A stretch of 64,000 nucleotides of DNA from Octopus vulgaris (Eukaryota). The position numbers and the translations under genes are program-made. The notes under the pieces were generated by a model. That model ran no database searches and was not told where the DNA came from. It saw only the letters and a program-made list of their open reading frames with translations. Positions within the stretch are counted from its first letter, which is position 1, and each line of letters begins with the position of its first letter. This document shows, in pieces, positions 11,821 through 24,517 of this stretch. The stretch covers positions 54,374,001 to 54,438,000 of the forward strand of contig OX597822.1 in the NCBI GenBank assembly GCA_951406725.2, in the 5' to 3' direction.

Positions 11821-14411
11821 AATTGAGCTGAGGAAAGATCTTGAAGCCTTTGTTTCTGAAATGCATGCGAAAGGGAAACTGGATATCGACTATATGAAAG
11901 AAGTTGGAATATAGAGAGTGGCTTCAAAAGTAATGATGGGTTAGAGACTAAAGTTAAGATTGTGTTTTAGTGAAGAAAAAGGTCCTATTTCTTTGTTAGC
12001 AGGAGGTGGTCTAACTGAATTGAAGTTTATGGGTGTTGATATATTGTGCATAGTGGATCAGAACTGTTCATATACTTTCGTTTCTGCTATTTTGCCAGTA
12101 AGCTACATACAATTCATACAATACACTCGTCTGTTCTAGTATCTCTTCTAAGCTACTCCACCTATTAACATCTTTAACCTTCTCTGTATAATTGTCATTT
12201 ATTATTTATTTTGTTTAGCATTAAACAGAAAAATGTTTGAAGGGTTTCTTATAGAATTAATCGACAGTTTGAGTGTGTGTGCTTGATGGCGTAGTTTGTG
12301 ATACATGATTCATGAGTAACTGTTGACCACTGCTCCATTATTATAAAAAATTCACTTGGAAGTAAATACCTAGATTGTGTTTCTTGAAACCTAGTGCTCG
12401 AACAAGGATCGGACATACTACCAAAAGTTTGTGTCACCTAAAAAGACAGCCTCTTGATGCGTGTCCACCGGTCGGGATTTTGCCTGATTTCAAACATTCA
12501 TCCCAGAATATCCGACATATGAATGTCCATACATCTCTTCTAACAAGTCCCTTGCACACATTTACACGACTTGGCTGTGTTGTTAAGCAGTTTGCTTCAC
12601 AATCTGTCGTTTTTGTGTTCGATCTAATGCGAGGTAACTTGGACAGGCATATTCTGACATTACTTCGGATCATGCCAAGGATTTTGAGAAAGCTGAAAAG
12701 ACAGCAATCCGAAAGTTGACTGTTTTTGTTTAGGGGTGGCATACTTGATTTGTCAATTTAAACTGTTCACCTGGCGCTTGGAAGTCTTTAGCGGCCTCCA
12801 CTCTAATGCAAGTTTTTGAAGTATGTTTGCAATCTGAGGGTAACCTATATGTTGGTCCTTTCCAACTACCAGTCTCGGATGACGTACAAAATGTTCATAG
12901 GTATTGCTGCTGCCACTCAAACTGAACCCTAGAAATTATTTTTTAACGCGAGTAAAGCTTATTTGTATATAGCACACAAATATTACAATCTTTGTACAAA
13001 CATTTATAATAAGGCCAAAGAAAATCATACTTTCATGCTCTATATTTGCCATAATTTTCTTAGAAATCTTTCCTTGTCAACTGATGTTAAACGAGATTTT
13101 TAAAAAATGTTGGACGAGGATATATATTCTGCTTATTCAAATATGTCGATGAAGAAAGAGAAAATGGCTTACCTTGAATTCAGTTATGTCAACATTAAAT
13201 CCCAAATAAATTAGAAAGACTGTTTTTCTATCAGCGGTATTTCTTAATACGTTGTTCCATGGACACAATTTTACATCAGATTTATCTAATACGAGAGATT
13301 AAAATGCAGTTTATATATATAATTTGGTATCCGCAACATTGTAGCAACTTTTGATGTAGTCAATCTTTTTACCTAATTGTGGGCTTTATGTTATATATAT
13401 ATATATATATATAGGGAGGGAGAGAGAGAGATTTTACATATCTATATACATACATATATATACATGCACACACATACACATGCAAACGCACATTATGTCT
13501 ATATGTGTGTGTGTGTGTGTGCGCGCAAGTGTGTGTAAAATTAAATTATTACAATATTTATATAAGCATGGAATTTAAATGTTGCATGCTTACTCAACTG
13601 TAAAAAATAATAGCAGTTTATTCAGTATAATAGCCATTTATAAGTAAATTCTGGAATAGGCCTGACCTAGCAGTTTAACTATGGTGATGATTACGAAATT
13701 ACACTAAAAACATTTCGACAGCTTCCCAGTTCTAATTTATTTTCTGATGTTTAACAATTCTTGCCATCTTACTGTATTTTATCTTGTAGGAGCACAGAAC
13801 CTTTATCATGCAGGGAATGTAGTGCCCACAACTCTTTCTTAGGCTCTGAGACTAGCAGGAAGGAGAGAGGAACGTATACTTAAACCAGAGACCTGGCCTG
13901 GCACAAATGCTTGCAAAGGTATTCACGCCGATATTTTTCGATTCGGAAAAAACGAAAGCAAAGTTGACTTTCGTGAGATTTGAACTCAGGGTACCAGGAA
14001 TTGGAACTGATGACATTGGCTTTGTGGCCAACTCCTAACTACTTTGCCAGTTCGAGATAATCAAAGATCAGGTAGTGGTGTAAAGTATTCATGTATTCAT
14101 GTATTAATTAAGTTACAGAATAATTTTCATCAATACATCACACTTTTTTTAACGAATAACAAATCAAACCTGCTGATCCATGTTTGGACATCAATAAGAA
14201 GGAATCGATCGCATGAGTCAGCGGTTCTTGTAGGTCTCTCTAGAATGGGGATCAGTGGAATTCCTTTCTCAAAATATGATATAATCTGACATCAGAGTCA
14301 TATTAAATTGATGTGAAGCATATTTTACCAAATAAAACCCTAGCTATTTGATCAAATTGTGATTTTTATAAATACAACTGTATACTTGAAGAATCAATAC
14401 TTGTGTGTGCG

Positions 14412-14477
<66 letters not shown>

Positions 14478-15118
14478 TTTGTGGGTGTGTGTACATATAG
14501 TATTAATACATTACAGAAAACGTTTGCTATTTTATAATTTATAAAATACATACGTCTTTCAGTAAGTTACTGCCATGATAACATAACTGCTTGCTGAAAC
14601 ATTAAATAATCTTGCCAACATAAAGAGAGGAAAAAAGAAAGACTGAGGAAAGGAGGAAGAATGGGGCGTAACAGAGAGTAGAAGGAAGAAGAGGAAGAAA
14701 AGAAAGAACACTGAGTGTGATGTGGTACCCCAGTCCAACTCCATCCCACCCAAGACCACTCAGACCCACCCGCCCTATACAGACACCAGACTCACCCACC
14801 CCCTTTCCCCACAGGAAAAAAAAAAAGAAAAAAAGAGCAGACACCTCAGAATTTAGAAGACTCCTCCCCCCGGTGAAAAAGGTTACGAAAGAGTGTTGTC
14901 ATTGATCAGTAGCGAGAGCAGAATTAGAAGGATTAGACCAGAGTTTAAAGAGGAATTAGGACTTAAAGGTAGCGATTGGTGTTACCCAGTGTGGGGTGAG
15001 TACTAAACTCATCATAGTTTCATTTTCAGATATCATGCATGTTATCATAACCTTAATTTATTTTCTCATGCTCATTTTCACGTCACTCATAGTATCATAT
15101 TTTATTTTTACATATTTT

Positions 15119-15523
15119 GGATCTTTTCGGTTTGAGCGGCAGTTTTTCTAGCGGTGTCATATGAAATTGTCACCCATAATTATGACTCTAGTATCGATCT
15201 ATTGCATTTCAATGTGTTTTAGGGTTAGGGGTGGGGGGAAGGGTATTTTTTTTTCTTCACAAATGTAAATAAACCTAATCTGTTTCTTAAACGAGGGACA
15301 TATTCATACGGCACAGAATGTTTTTTACCTCAATAGACATCAGTGATTGGTTGAAATTGCAGAAATTGAAGAAAAAAACAACAAATATCTTACAAACTAT
15401 AGAATTTTCTCAATAAAGCCAAGAGAAAAAGATGTCTTATAAACACATTCTACCAGTATACGAAGTTTAAAAGTGTTACGTGGAAATTATTTTAAAAAAC
15501 TGCCGTTCAAACCGAAAATATCC
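15119..15523. mobile_element. MITE with GG...CC TIRs and 8-bp TSD (Merlin-like)
   Basis: TIR ggatcttttcggtttgagcggcagttttt / aaaaactgccgttcaaaccgaaaatatcc; TSD CATATTTT (15111-15118, 15524-15531); second copy at 51492. Confidence 0.88.
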
Positions 15524-15779
15524 CATATTTTTAATTGTTATATGTCCCAACATGTTTTGTAGTGTCCTCTCTATGTTATGTCTTTATGGCAAAATATTGA
15601 AACAAATTAGCTTGCTTCCGGTTATAGACCATGGTCGTTGTTTGCGCTTCGTGCTGAAATTATCGTTGGATTTACCGTTGAATTATATTTTTACTACTCC
15701 TGGTATTGTTGAACTTGTTACTATTATTTGTTGAACTGTTATGTTTCTCGGTTCAACACAATTAGGTCTCTGGTTGATG

Positions 15780-18145
15780 ACAATGGGTGTTCGGTCGATG
15801 TATGAGGCGCTTTACAAGCACTTTGCCGAGTTGTTCGGGAGGTGATGGACGCTGGATCGTGGTGAGGCCCTTAAGGACTTCCTGACTGTCAGCCCGCGTC
15901 TCTCGGCACGAAGGGCTGAGTGCTGTGAATGACCAGTCACAGCTGAGGAGGTGATCTAGGTGCCAGGCGAATTCCCTGGGTGAGAAGTCGGCGGGTCTCG
16001 ATGGTCTACCTTATGAATTCTATAAAAACATGCCAGACTTGTTCGGGCACCTGCTGGCAACAGAATGAGAGAATTCCCAAGTCTGCAAGCCGTGGGGTTG
16101 ATAAGAAAGGACCCGAGTAAGGGGGACGAAATAAGTAATTTTAGGCCTATAACTCTGCTAAACACAGAGTTAAAGATTTTGGCCAAGGTGCTAGCGAAAA
16201 TGTTGGCGTGGGTCGTGGACAGACTTGTTGGCGGGGCGTAAACTTGCGCCATCCCGGGCAGGTCGATCCATGATAATCTCCACCTTATACGCTACACCTT
16301 AGAGAGGGTAGGGAAGCTTTCGGAGGGCACTGGTACATTTAGACCAGTCTAAAGCATTTGATAAGGTCGTCCATCGGTACTTGGCGGCAGTCCTCGAGAA
16401 GGCTGGCCTAGGCCCGATCTTCCGCGATTGGATTGCTGCTTTGTACAGCGACATCGAGTCTGTCGTCCAAGTGAATTGTTTCCCTTCGAACCCATTCAAG
16501 ACCGAGCGCTCTGTGCGCCAGAGGTGTCCCCTGTCTCCGCTTTTGTATGTGTTGGCTCTTGAGCCACTGTTACGGAAGCTGGAGGCACTAGGGGCGTGCC
16601 GAATGATCTGTGGTTTGGAAGAGGAGCAGCGGTGTATGCGGAGGACATCTCCATCATCGTGGCGCATGAGGGCCAGCTTCCAGTAGTGGAAGAGGCTATC
16701 TAAAGTTACAAGGCGGTGGCAGGAGCAAAGGTTAACTAGGACAAGTCGGTCGGTTTGCAACTCGGCACCTGGAGGGGCAAGCCGATGGCGTCCAATAACG
16801 TCGTGGGGCGTTGGACGGAAGGTCCTGTTAAGCTGCTTGGGGTCTGGTTTGGACCAGACCTCCAGATAGAGAAAAATTGGAGTGAGGTAAACAGTAACGT
16901 AACTGCTCTAACACAGACATGGTCTAGGTGGGCGTTATCCTTGCTAGGAAAGGCGGAGGTGGTGCAGATGTTTATAACATCAGTTATCACCTACCGTCTG
17001 ACCGTGCTACCTTGCCCCAATTTGCGACTGAACAAGCTGGAGAGAATCCTTTTCCGCTTTTTGTGGAAGGGAGGAAAGCTGCTTGTGAAGCGCTCTGTCT
17101 GCTGCTAGAAACCGCTAAAGGGTGGGCTAGGAATGCCTTGGCTGTGGATGCGAAAACTTGCGTTAAGTTTGAGGCACCTCTGGCTTTACCTGGATGGGGA
17201 GCAGGTGTGGTCACCGCACGTCCGGTTCTACCTTCCACAGTTAACGTCCTTAACGGACATTGGTACATGGATCAAGCAGAGACCTAGGCTGGGAGACTGG
17301 CAACTGGAGTGTCGCCAGGCGCTTCAGCTACTCTCTCGGGTGGGCAATGCCAGCAACAGGAGGTCCACCGCGGAATTCTATAGCGGGTTAGTGGGATCTG
17401 TGTCAGAAGACGCCTTGGGGGAGACCCTGGGCTACAATGAAAATCAGTTGATCAACCTGTTCAGAAGAACGTTCGGGCCGAGGTATCTGGATAATTACCA
17501 GAAATCCTTGGCTTGGCAGTGCTTCCGTGCGACAATACAGGTTCTGGACAAGGTGTCGAGGCACGGTAGTGCCGTCTCGCCGACATGCCTGAGATGCAGG
17601 CAGGTCAGGGAAACTGTCTTGTACGCATTCGTGGAGTGTCCGGAGTTATCAGGACTGATAGCATTTGTCGAACAACTGTTGTCAGTAATAGGAAGATTCC
17701 AGCTATCAGCGGAGTCCATCATCGAGATTTTTTTGACAAGGAAAGAAGGGCTTGTTTCTCCTGCGTAGTAGCCATACTGAAAGAAACAGTATGAAAGACG
17801 CGTGTAAAAGGAATAGTGACAGGTACCTTTGTCTCCGGCCAGGGGTTGGTAAACTTTTTTAGTTACCACCTCATAAGTAAGATCAGGTTGGAGAAAAGGT
17901 GCCTGTCGCTGAGTACATTCGTGAAAAGATGGAAGACTGTGACAAGCAAGTTGAGAGTGATCGGCACCAGGTAAGTGGGGTCAGATGGCTGGATGCCTAA
18001 TTGCATTATAATTATGTCATTTTCTGCTATCATCATTCATTCGGACATTACTTTTAATTAAAGCAGCTTCTTCACCTTTTGTGTTTTGTCTGTCCTTGTT
18101 CGCCCCATCTTTGCACGGCCTGTGTGGCCAATTTAATGAAATAAA
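15780..18145 (+). mobile_element. Degenerate 5'-truncated Tx1/L1-clade LINE (RT + C-terminal cysteine motif + 3' tail)
   Basis: NFRPITLLNTELKILAKVLA, GRSIHDNL, LDQSKAFDKV, SVRQRCPLSPLLYVLALEPL, YAED, CLRC...ETVLYAFVEC; many stops and frameshifts. Confidence 0.9.
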
Positions 18146-18149
18146 GACG

Positions 18150-18698
18150 TTTGCTTCCAAACCGCATGGTCTCGTGTTAGTTCCACTGCATGGCACCTTG
18201 AGCAAGTGTTTTCTACTACAGCTTCGAGCCTTATGAGTGGATCTGGTTGACAAAAACTGAAAGAAGCCCGTTATATATATTAGGTTGGAGCATAATTATA
18301 GCGGCTTTTTTTCAATAAATTGTATTCAACAAAAACAATAACAACATTTAACAAAAACATATTTAAATGATTATTCCGGAGCATATTCACCATCTACTTC
18401 AATTTCTGTTTGGCGTTTTGTTAAAAATTTTTTATTGAATAAAATGTATTAAAAAAAAAGCCGCAATAATTATGCATCAACCTAATATATATATGCATGT
18501 GCGTGTCTTTGTATTTGTCCCTCACCACTGATTGACACCCGGTGTTGGTATGTTTTCAATTCCGTAACTTAGCGGCTCGGCAAAAGAAAACGATAGAATA
18601 AGTATCAGGCTTTAAAAGAAAATAAGTACTAGGATGAATTAGTTCGGCTAAAATTCCTCAAGGTGACGCCTCGGCATGGTCGCAGTCTAATGACTGAG
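18150..18698 (+). mobile_element. SINE family 1 interrupted by a mariner-type MITE
   Basis: Head 18150-18270 and body/tail 18495-18698 align with the uninterrupted copy at 60638-61010. Confidence 0.78.
18280..18485. mobile_element. Tc1/mariner MITE
   Basis: TIR ttaggttggagcataattat / ataattatgcatcaacctaa, TA flanks; relative at 54723-54969. Confidence 0.85.
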
Positions 18699-18829
18699 TG
18701 TTGCAAAAACTTTCTTAGATTCACCATTATTGACAATCACTTGAGCAACAAATGCTCAGTGTTCAATCGATCCGCCAAAATATGATGCTAACCGAGAAAA
18801 AAACAAAAAAACAAAAAAAACATTAGCTA

Positions 18830-19030
18830 TGATGCTGAAAAGTTTCTGGCTTTTAGGGTATCACGAAAGGCCTGGTTGTAGGCCCAAGCTTCCCAGTTCT
18901 TTTGTAGGACTTAGAAAAATTGAAGGATCGCTGCAATAAGTGTGTGAACCTCAGAGGGGAACATGCTAAATAAAATCATTAACTGATCCACCTGTATTGT
19001 CTTTTATCCAAAGCCAGGACACTCCTCGTA
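18830..19030. mobile_element. Mariner-derived MITE
   Basis: tgctgaaaagtttctggcttt...aaagccaggac...ctcgta; internal 'CNKCVNLRGE' transposase terminus; homolog at 43912-44120. Confidence 0.7.
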
Positions 19031-19290
19031 CATGAAATTAACATTACTATCTGCCTAACTTCAGTAGCACACCAATAGCTGTGTGAAACACAAGAGATTT
19101 TTCTGTCAGACTCTGTGCAATAAGAAATGTTGTATTCTAACGTTGAAAATATGATTGTAATAATTTATTTGTATTACGATTTTGTTTAATGACATACAAT
19201 TAAAGTGGAAACTAAAATAGTTCCTACTTGTTCAAAAATCCTGATTTCGTTTATTGCAAATGACTAGCATTATCGGTGTCAGTAATATAT

Positions 19291-19952
19291 ATATTTCTTT
19301 ATTGCCCACAGGGGGATAAACATAGAGGGGATAAACAAGGACAGAAAAAGGGATTAAATCGATTACATCGATGCCAATGCGTAACTGGTTCTATCTAATT
19401 GACTCCCAAAAGCATAAAAGGCAAAGTCGACCTCGACGGAATTTGAACTCAGAACGTAGCGGCAGACGAAATACCGCTAAGCATTTCGCCCGGCGTGCTA
19501 ACGATTCTGCCAGCTCGCTGCCCTGTGACTGTAATACATATTTCTTTACTACCCACAAGGGGCTAAACATAGAGGGGACAAACAAGGACAGACAAAGGGA
19601 TTAAGTCGATTACATCGACCCAGTGCGAAACTGGTACTTAATTTATCGACACCGAGAGGATGAAAGGGAAAGTCGACCTCGGTGGAATTTGAACTAAGAA
19701 CATAACGACAGACGAAATACCTATTTCTTTACTACCCACAAGGGGCTAAACACAGAGGACAAACAAGGACAGACAAACGGATTAAGTCGATTATATCGAC
19801 CCCAGTGCGTAACTGGTACTTAATCTATCGACCCCGAGAGGATGAAAGGCAAAGTCGACCTCGGCGGAATTTGAACTCAGAACGCAACGGCAGACAAAAT
19901 ACAGCTACGCATTTCGCCCGGCGTGCTAACAATTCTGGCATTTCGCCGCCCT
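19291..19952 (-). mobile_element. Tandem cluster of three tRNA-derived SINEs (family 2, Meta-like central domain)
   Basis: Reverse complement of GGCGAGCTGGCAGAATCGTTAGCACGCC...GAGTTCAAATTCCGCCGAGGTCGACTTTGCCTTTCATCCT... Confidence 0.88.
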
Positions 19953-22301
19953 GTGTCTGTAATATATTACAGATAGTAAACGGGTAGTTTACTTTTGACG
20001 CTATGGGAGGCGTCAGGACATATGGAATGCATAGAATAATTATAATTTAACTTTTATATACTTGTACGAAATGAATGACAATTTTCAAAAGAAAAATAGT
20101 TATTACTTTGAAATAAAATTGAATAAAACAAATTTCTCATTTCTATAACTCCTTCCATAACTACATCCTGTTAATCCACCCCTTCCCCTCCTTATGTGTC
20201 CCTATATAACTTTCCCACTCACTGTGTATGTGCGTGTTGCCTGCCACCGAGCTTAGTATGTATACTCATCCTCCTCCTCCGCCTTCTATACTCATTCTCT
20301 CAGCATCTCTCTTTTACTCTCTCTCTCTCTCATCTTTCCACATGATATAAAGCATGACTGGAGAGTTCAACCAAGCAAGCAACTAACCAACATTTAAATC
20401 GACTATTGTTATATAGGGAAAGAGGAGTTCAGCCAAACATATTTTTGAAGAAAATACTAATTAAGCACAATTACCGTGCTCAAAATATAAATATAAATAG
20501 CGCGTGACAAAAATGAATAAAATCTGTGTTTTTACAGTTGACATTCAATTTAATTCTAATTCGTATAATTAAAGTTTATTAGGCCTTAGAGGTATTTTGG
20601 ATGACAGTATACAATACAGAACTGTAGTAATAAAGCATGGGCAGAATATCCGAATTGCATTTGAGAGCTTGCAAGCGTTTCATTTGAATTGTATCGAATT
20701 AACTTTTAATACCCAATCGTTTGTAAAAGTTGAAAGTAGTTTAGTACAATGGCACTAAAGCATTTAGCACTAAGCCTCTGAAAATGCCGAGCCCGAAGCA
20801 TCTGTTTCTTTTGCTACAATCATACTGGTCATATTGTCGTATAACCTCTTTCTATAAATAATTAACCCTTTTGCTACAATATTCCAGTAAGTGAAGTGAA
20901 CTATACTGTATTCGTTTTAATTAATTTTGAATATCTTAAGGAATTTTGTAAAATTCTTTGTTATATTTAGAGTGTATTTGACGCATAAAACAGCACGAAA
21001 TGTTGATGGAAAGTTTTTAAATCACCTGAACTCATTTGTTATTATATTTCTGTTTAAATACACTGCCTTTATTTCAATTAATTTTGGAAATAATGATGGC
21101 TTTAGTGAAATAACTTTGTCAATATTAAGCTAGTTTTTACAACATAAATGAATATGAACTTTTGACGAAAGATTTTTATGCAGATCACTACAAAGCCTGA
21201 AATCTGTAACATAGAACCATGAACGATCTCAAGCGGTTGTATCAAAAGGAAAGCAAATTTGTTGTTAGGTATCCAGGTTAGCTTTAGCTTTTTTGAAATG
21301 TGCCTATATGTTCTAAGTGAATCTAAATATATCCTTCAATGTGTTTCAATCCAGGTTATTTACTAAATTGGTTACAACAGTTCATACCTTGATATGTGTT
21401 GTAGAATTGATCATACTGCAGTGAGCGATGGTACGTCAATATACACTAGAATAGCAGTCAATGCTATTAGGCATGTTCTTTTCCCATTGACATGGTCCTT
21501 CGATGATACCTCAGTATATAGCGCAATCCCAGTTAAACTAATTAATATATAACGTAGTTTATGTGATGAAATTTAATTTAGATTACAAAATAATTAATAA
21601 GTTGGAAATATAATTAATGAATGATTTTAATTTGAAATAATTATTTTAATGAAAGGTATATCACGACGCAAAAATAAATAAATAAGGCGTGTAGATATTT
21701 GGTTAAATAAATCCTTATACTAAAAATGTTGAAAACTGCCCGTTGGACTCGAACTCATATCACCTATAAAAGTAACTGGTGTTTTACTAATGAACCAAAG
21801 TAATCCTTCCAACTTGCACATTTTAGAAACTTTATTCTTATCAATGAGAATAGTATTGTTGACGTCAATGGAATTACTAAACATCGAGAGAACGTAAAAT
21901 AATTCTTGTTTGTCATTGTGACATATTGAATGAGTTATACTAGAGTTAAGTTGATTTATTACTAAGATCATATTTTGTTTAAGACATGTTAATTCATTTG
22001 AAATTGGAAGTGAAAATTTGTTACTCTCTTATCGAATAAGAAACCATGTAATAATTCCACATGGCTTTTCATTTCCGAAGTGTTGGCAATTGTTGGTCAT
22101 CGACGACATGTTTTTTAGATACGAGAGTGTGTGGGGAGAGGATTTAGTTAAATTAATCACCTCTTTACAATTGAATGATGCTACGTTTGTATATGGTTAT
22201 ATCAATATATATCTTTTAGCTTTTACTTGTTTCAGCATTTGACAGCAGTCACGCCGGGGTGCTATCTTGAAGAGTTTTAGTTGACCAAACCGACCCCAGG
22301 A

Positions 22302-23276
22302 GGTATTATTTGATTCTTTCACCGGCACAATTTTCACTCAGAAAAAAATAACTCGGATTTTTTTTGCGTGGAATCAGGTACACTGACCTCCTGATATTCT
22401 GCAACTCCCTTATTTTTGTTCGGAAAAAATTGGGGGTGGGAATCCGGACCCTCCCCCCATATTCCGGAATCATTGGAAATTTTTTATTTTTTGCATTGAA
22501 TCAGTTCCGGTGACTTCCTAATATACTTCAAAATCCTTTTTGGGGGGTCTGAAAAATGGAGTTGGGTGGGATGGAACCCTCGGAAATTCCACCGCCATTT
22601 TCAAATATTTTTTGCTATTTCTTTCTTTACCCATAATTTTAGATAGCATTTTGTAGAAATACGTTTTCGAGAGAAAGTGGATTGCATGAGATTGAAAATT
22701 CAACGAAGTTTGAAATGGATAAGTGAAAATGCAGAGGTTATAGAAGTTAATGGTAACGAAGTGTGTGGAGAGATAACGAACTATAAATTCACCCCCACCC
22801 CCCACCCACCCCAAAAACACGTTAGAGTTTTTGCATGTATCTGTGAAACGAAGTAGAAAAATTTCTTTTTCTTACCTCTTAAAATCACTGGATATAATAT
22901 ACATAATCCCAGGTTGCAAAATAGATTTGAAAAACTAAAGCATTTTCCCTTTGCAATTTTTGGCGCCAAAATGAATTTCATATATGTGTGGGGAGAAACA
23001 GCGAGTGAGGTTTAGGTAAACTTCGTCACCCACTGACTCACTCTCTCTTTCTCTCACTCACTCATTCTCTATCTTTTTCTCTCACTCCTCTCTCTCACTC
23101 TCTCTCTCTTAATGATTCCGGGGTATGGGGGAGGGTCCGGTTTCCCACCCCTTTTTTTACCGAACAAAAATAAAGGGTTTGCCATATATTAGGTCAGGGT
23201 AATTGATTCCACACAAAAAATCCGAGTCTGTTTTCCTTAGTGAAAATCATGCGAGTGAAAGTATCAAATACCTGCC
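22302..23276. mobile_element. ~975-bp MITE with ~150-bp imperfect TIRs, inserted into a minus-strand SINE
   Basis: tatttgattctttcac...ctcggatttttt...ggaatca vs tgattcc...aaaaaatccgag...gtgaaagtatcaaata; SINE halves at 22210-22300 and 23280-23400. Confidence 0.8.
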
Positions 23277-23411
23277 ACCCTTATTAAGCCCAGTATTTAT
23301 TCTATCAGTCTTATGCCGAACCGCTAAGGTACGGGGACGCAAACACACCTCTATCGGTTGTTAAGCGGTGGTGGAGTACAAACACACACACACCGCACGC
23401 GCACATACACA

Positions 23412-23478
<67 letters not shown>

Positions 23479-23585
23479 GAGTAATTATAAACAATACTTG
23501 TAAAGATATTATTATTATTATTATTGGGGCAAATTCAAAAAATTGATAATAACATAACATTAGTGACCGCAATCGATATTAGCAT

Positions 23586-23996
23586 TAAACAGCTACACAA
23601 TACACTCTTAATTATATTAGAGGGCACACGAAGCACCAACTTAATAGAAAGTGCAGGTAAAAGCCCCAACTTAACCACTAGTCTCACTGCAATTGAGTAA
23701 TCCATTAAGTCTTGAATTGTCCCGCGCCATTTTAGGTACAGCAAGACCTGCTGAGGAGAATTGAAGCTCTAGCCAGAATTTGAAATCCTGATCCAGGTAT
23801 ATCTATTACCGTATTCTACGTTTTTTTTTTAGCTGAGATAACGTTAAATTCCACTCGTTTGCCCGATTTCTGATGGTCCGTTACACATTTTCAGTAAGAT
23901 TAGTGGTTAAATTGGTTTTTTTTACTTCCACTCTCTAGCAAGCTGGTACTTTGTGTACCCTCTCATAGTATTAAGAATTTGTTACATAGCTGTTTA
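23586..23996 (+). mobile_element. Small element with ~105-bp diverged inverted arms enclosing a hammerhead
   Basis: 23586-23692 is a diverged reverse complement of 23889-23996; followed by (AAT)n. Confidence 0.7.
23746..23798 (+). ncRNA. Type I hammerhead ribozyme motif (family G, AUC site)
   Basis: acctg CTGAGGA gaatt gaagctctagccag aattt GAAA t cctg a TC caggt: 5-bp stem I, 5-bp stem II, 2-bp stem III. Confidence 0.75.
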
Positions 23997-24006
23997 GCTC
24001 GCTGAC

Positions 24007-24060
<54 letters not shown>

Positions 24061-24093
24061 TCTTTACGAGTATTTATTTTGAATATATATATA

Positions 24094-24280
24094 GGATCTT
24101 TTCGGTTTGAACGGCAGTTTTTTAAAATAATTTCTAGGTAACTAAAAAATTTTAAACTTCATATACTAGTAGAATGTGTTTATAAAACATCTTTTTCTCT
24201 TGGCTTCGAGAAAATTCTATAGTTTGTAAGATATTTGGGTTTTTTCTTCAATTTCTGCAATTTCAGCCAATCACTGACGT
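24094..24280. mobile_element. Truncated copy of the Merlin-like MITE
   Basis: Begins with ggatcttttcggtttgaacggcagttttt; reverse complement of ~51720-51908. Confidence 0.85.
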
Positions 24281-24331
24281 GATCCTACGACTGCGAGTCC
24301 GCTGCCCTAACCACTGGGCCATTGCGCCCCC
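24281..24331 (-). mobile_element. tRNA-derived SINE head fragment (family 3)
   Basis: Minus strand GGGGCGCAATGGCCCAGTGGTTAGGGCAGCGGACTCGCAGTCGTAGGATCA; relative at 44600-44852. Confidence 0.7.
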
Positions 24332-24480
<149 letters not shown>

Positions 24481-24517
24481 CTATATATATATTCGTTCCC
24501 TAACGGCGCGCTGACAT

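Noticed and set aside
11830-12120. Possible decayed paralogue of LicD exon 1 (KEIGPF...LYIPTSFI vs GEFGLF...FSIPKAFL)
   Set aside because: Only two short weak matches, in-frame stops, no GGTLLG motif.
12375-12742. ORFs of 100-115 aa on both strands (similarly 21720-21971, 62042-62550)
   Set aside because: No recognisable domain or consistent splice structure; probably decayed repeat or non-coding DNA.
13165-13300. Candidate upstream 5'UTR exon of the LicD gene (minus-strand AAG|GTAAGC donor at 13173|13172)
   Set aside because: A donor consensus alone is insufficient without transcript data.
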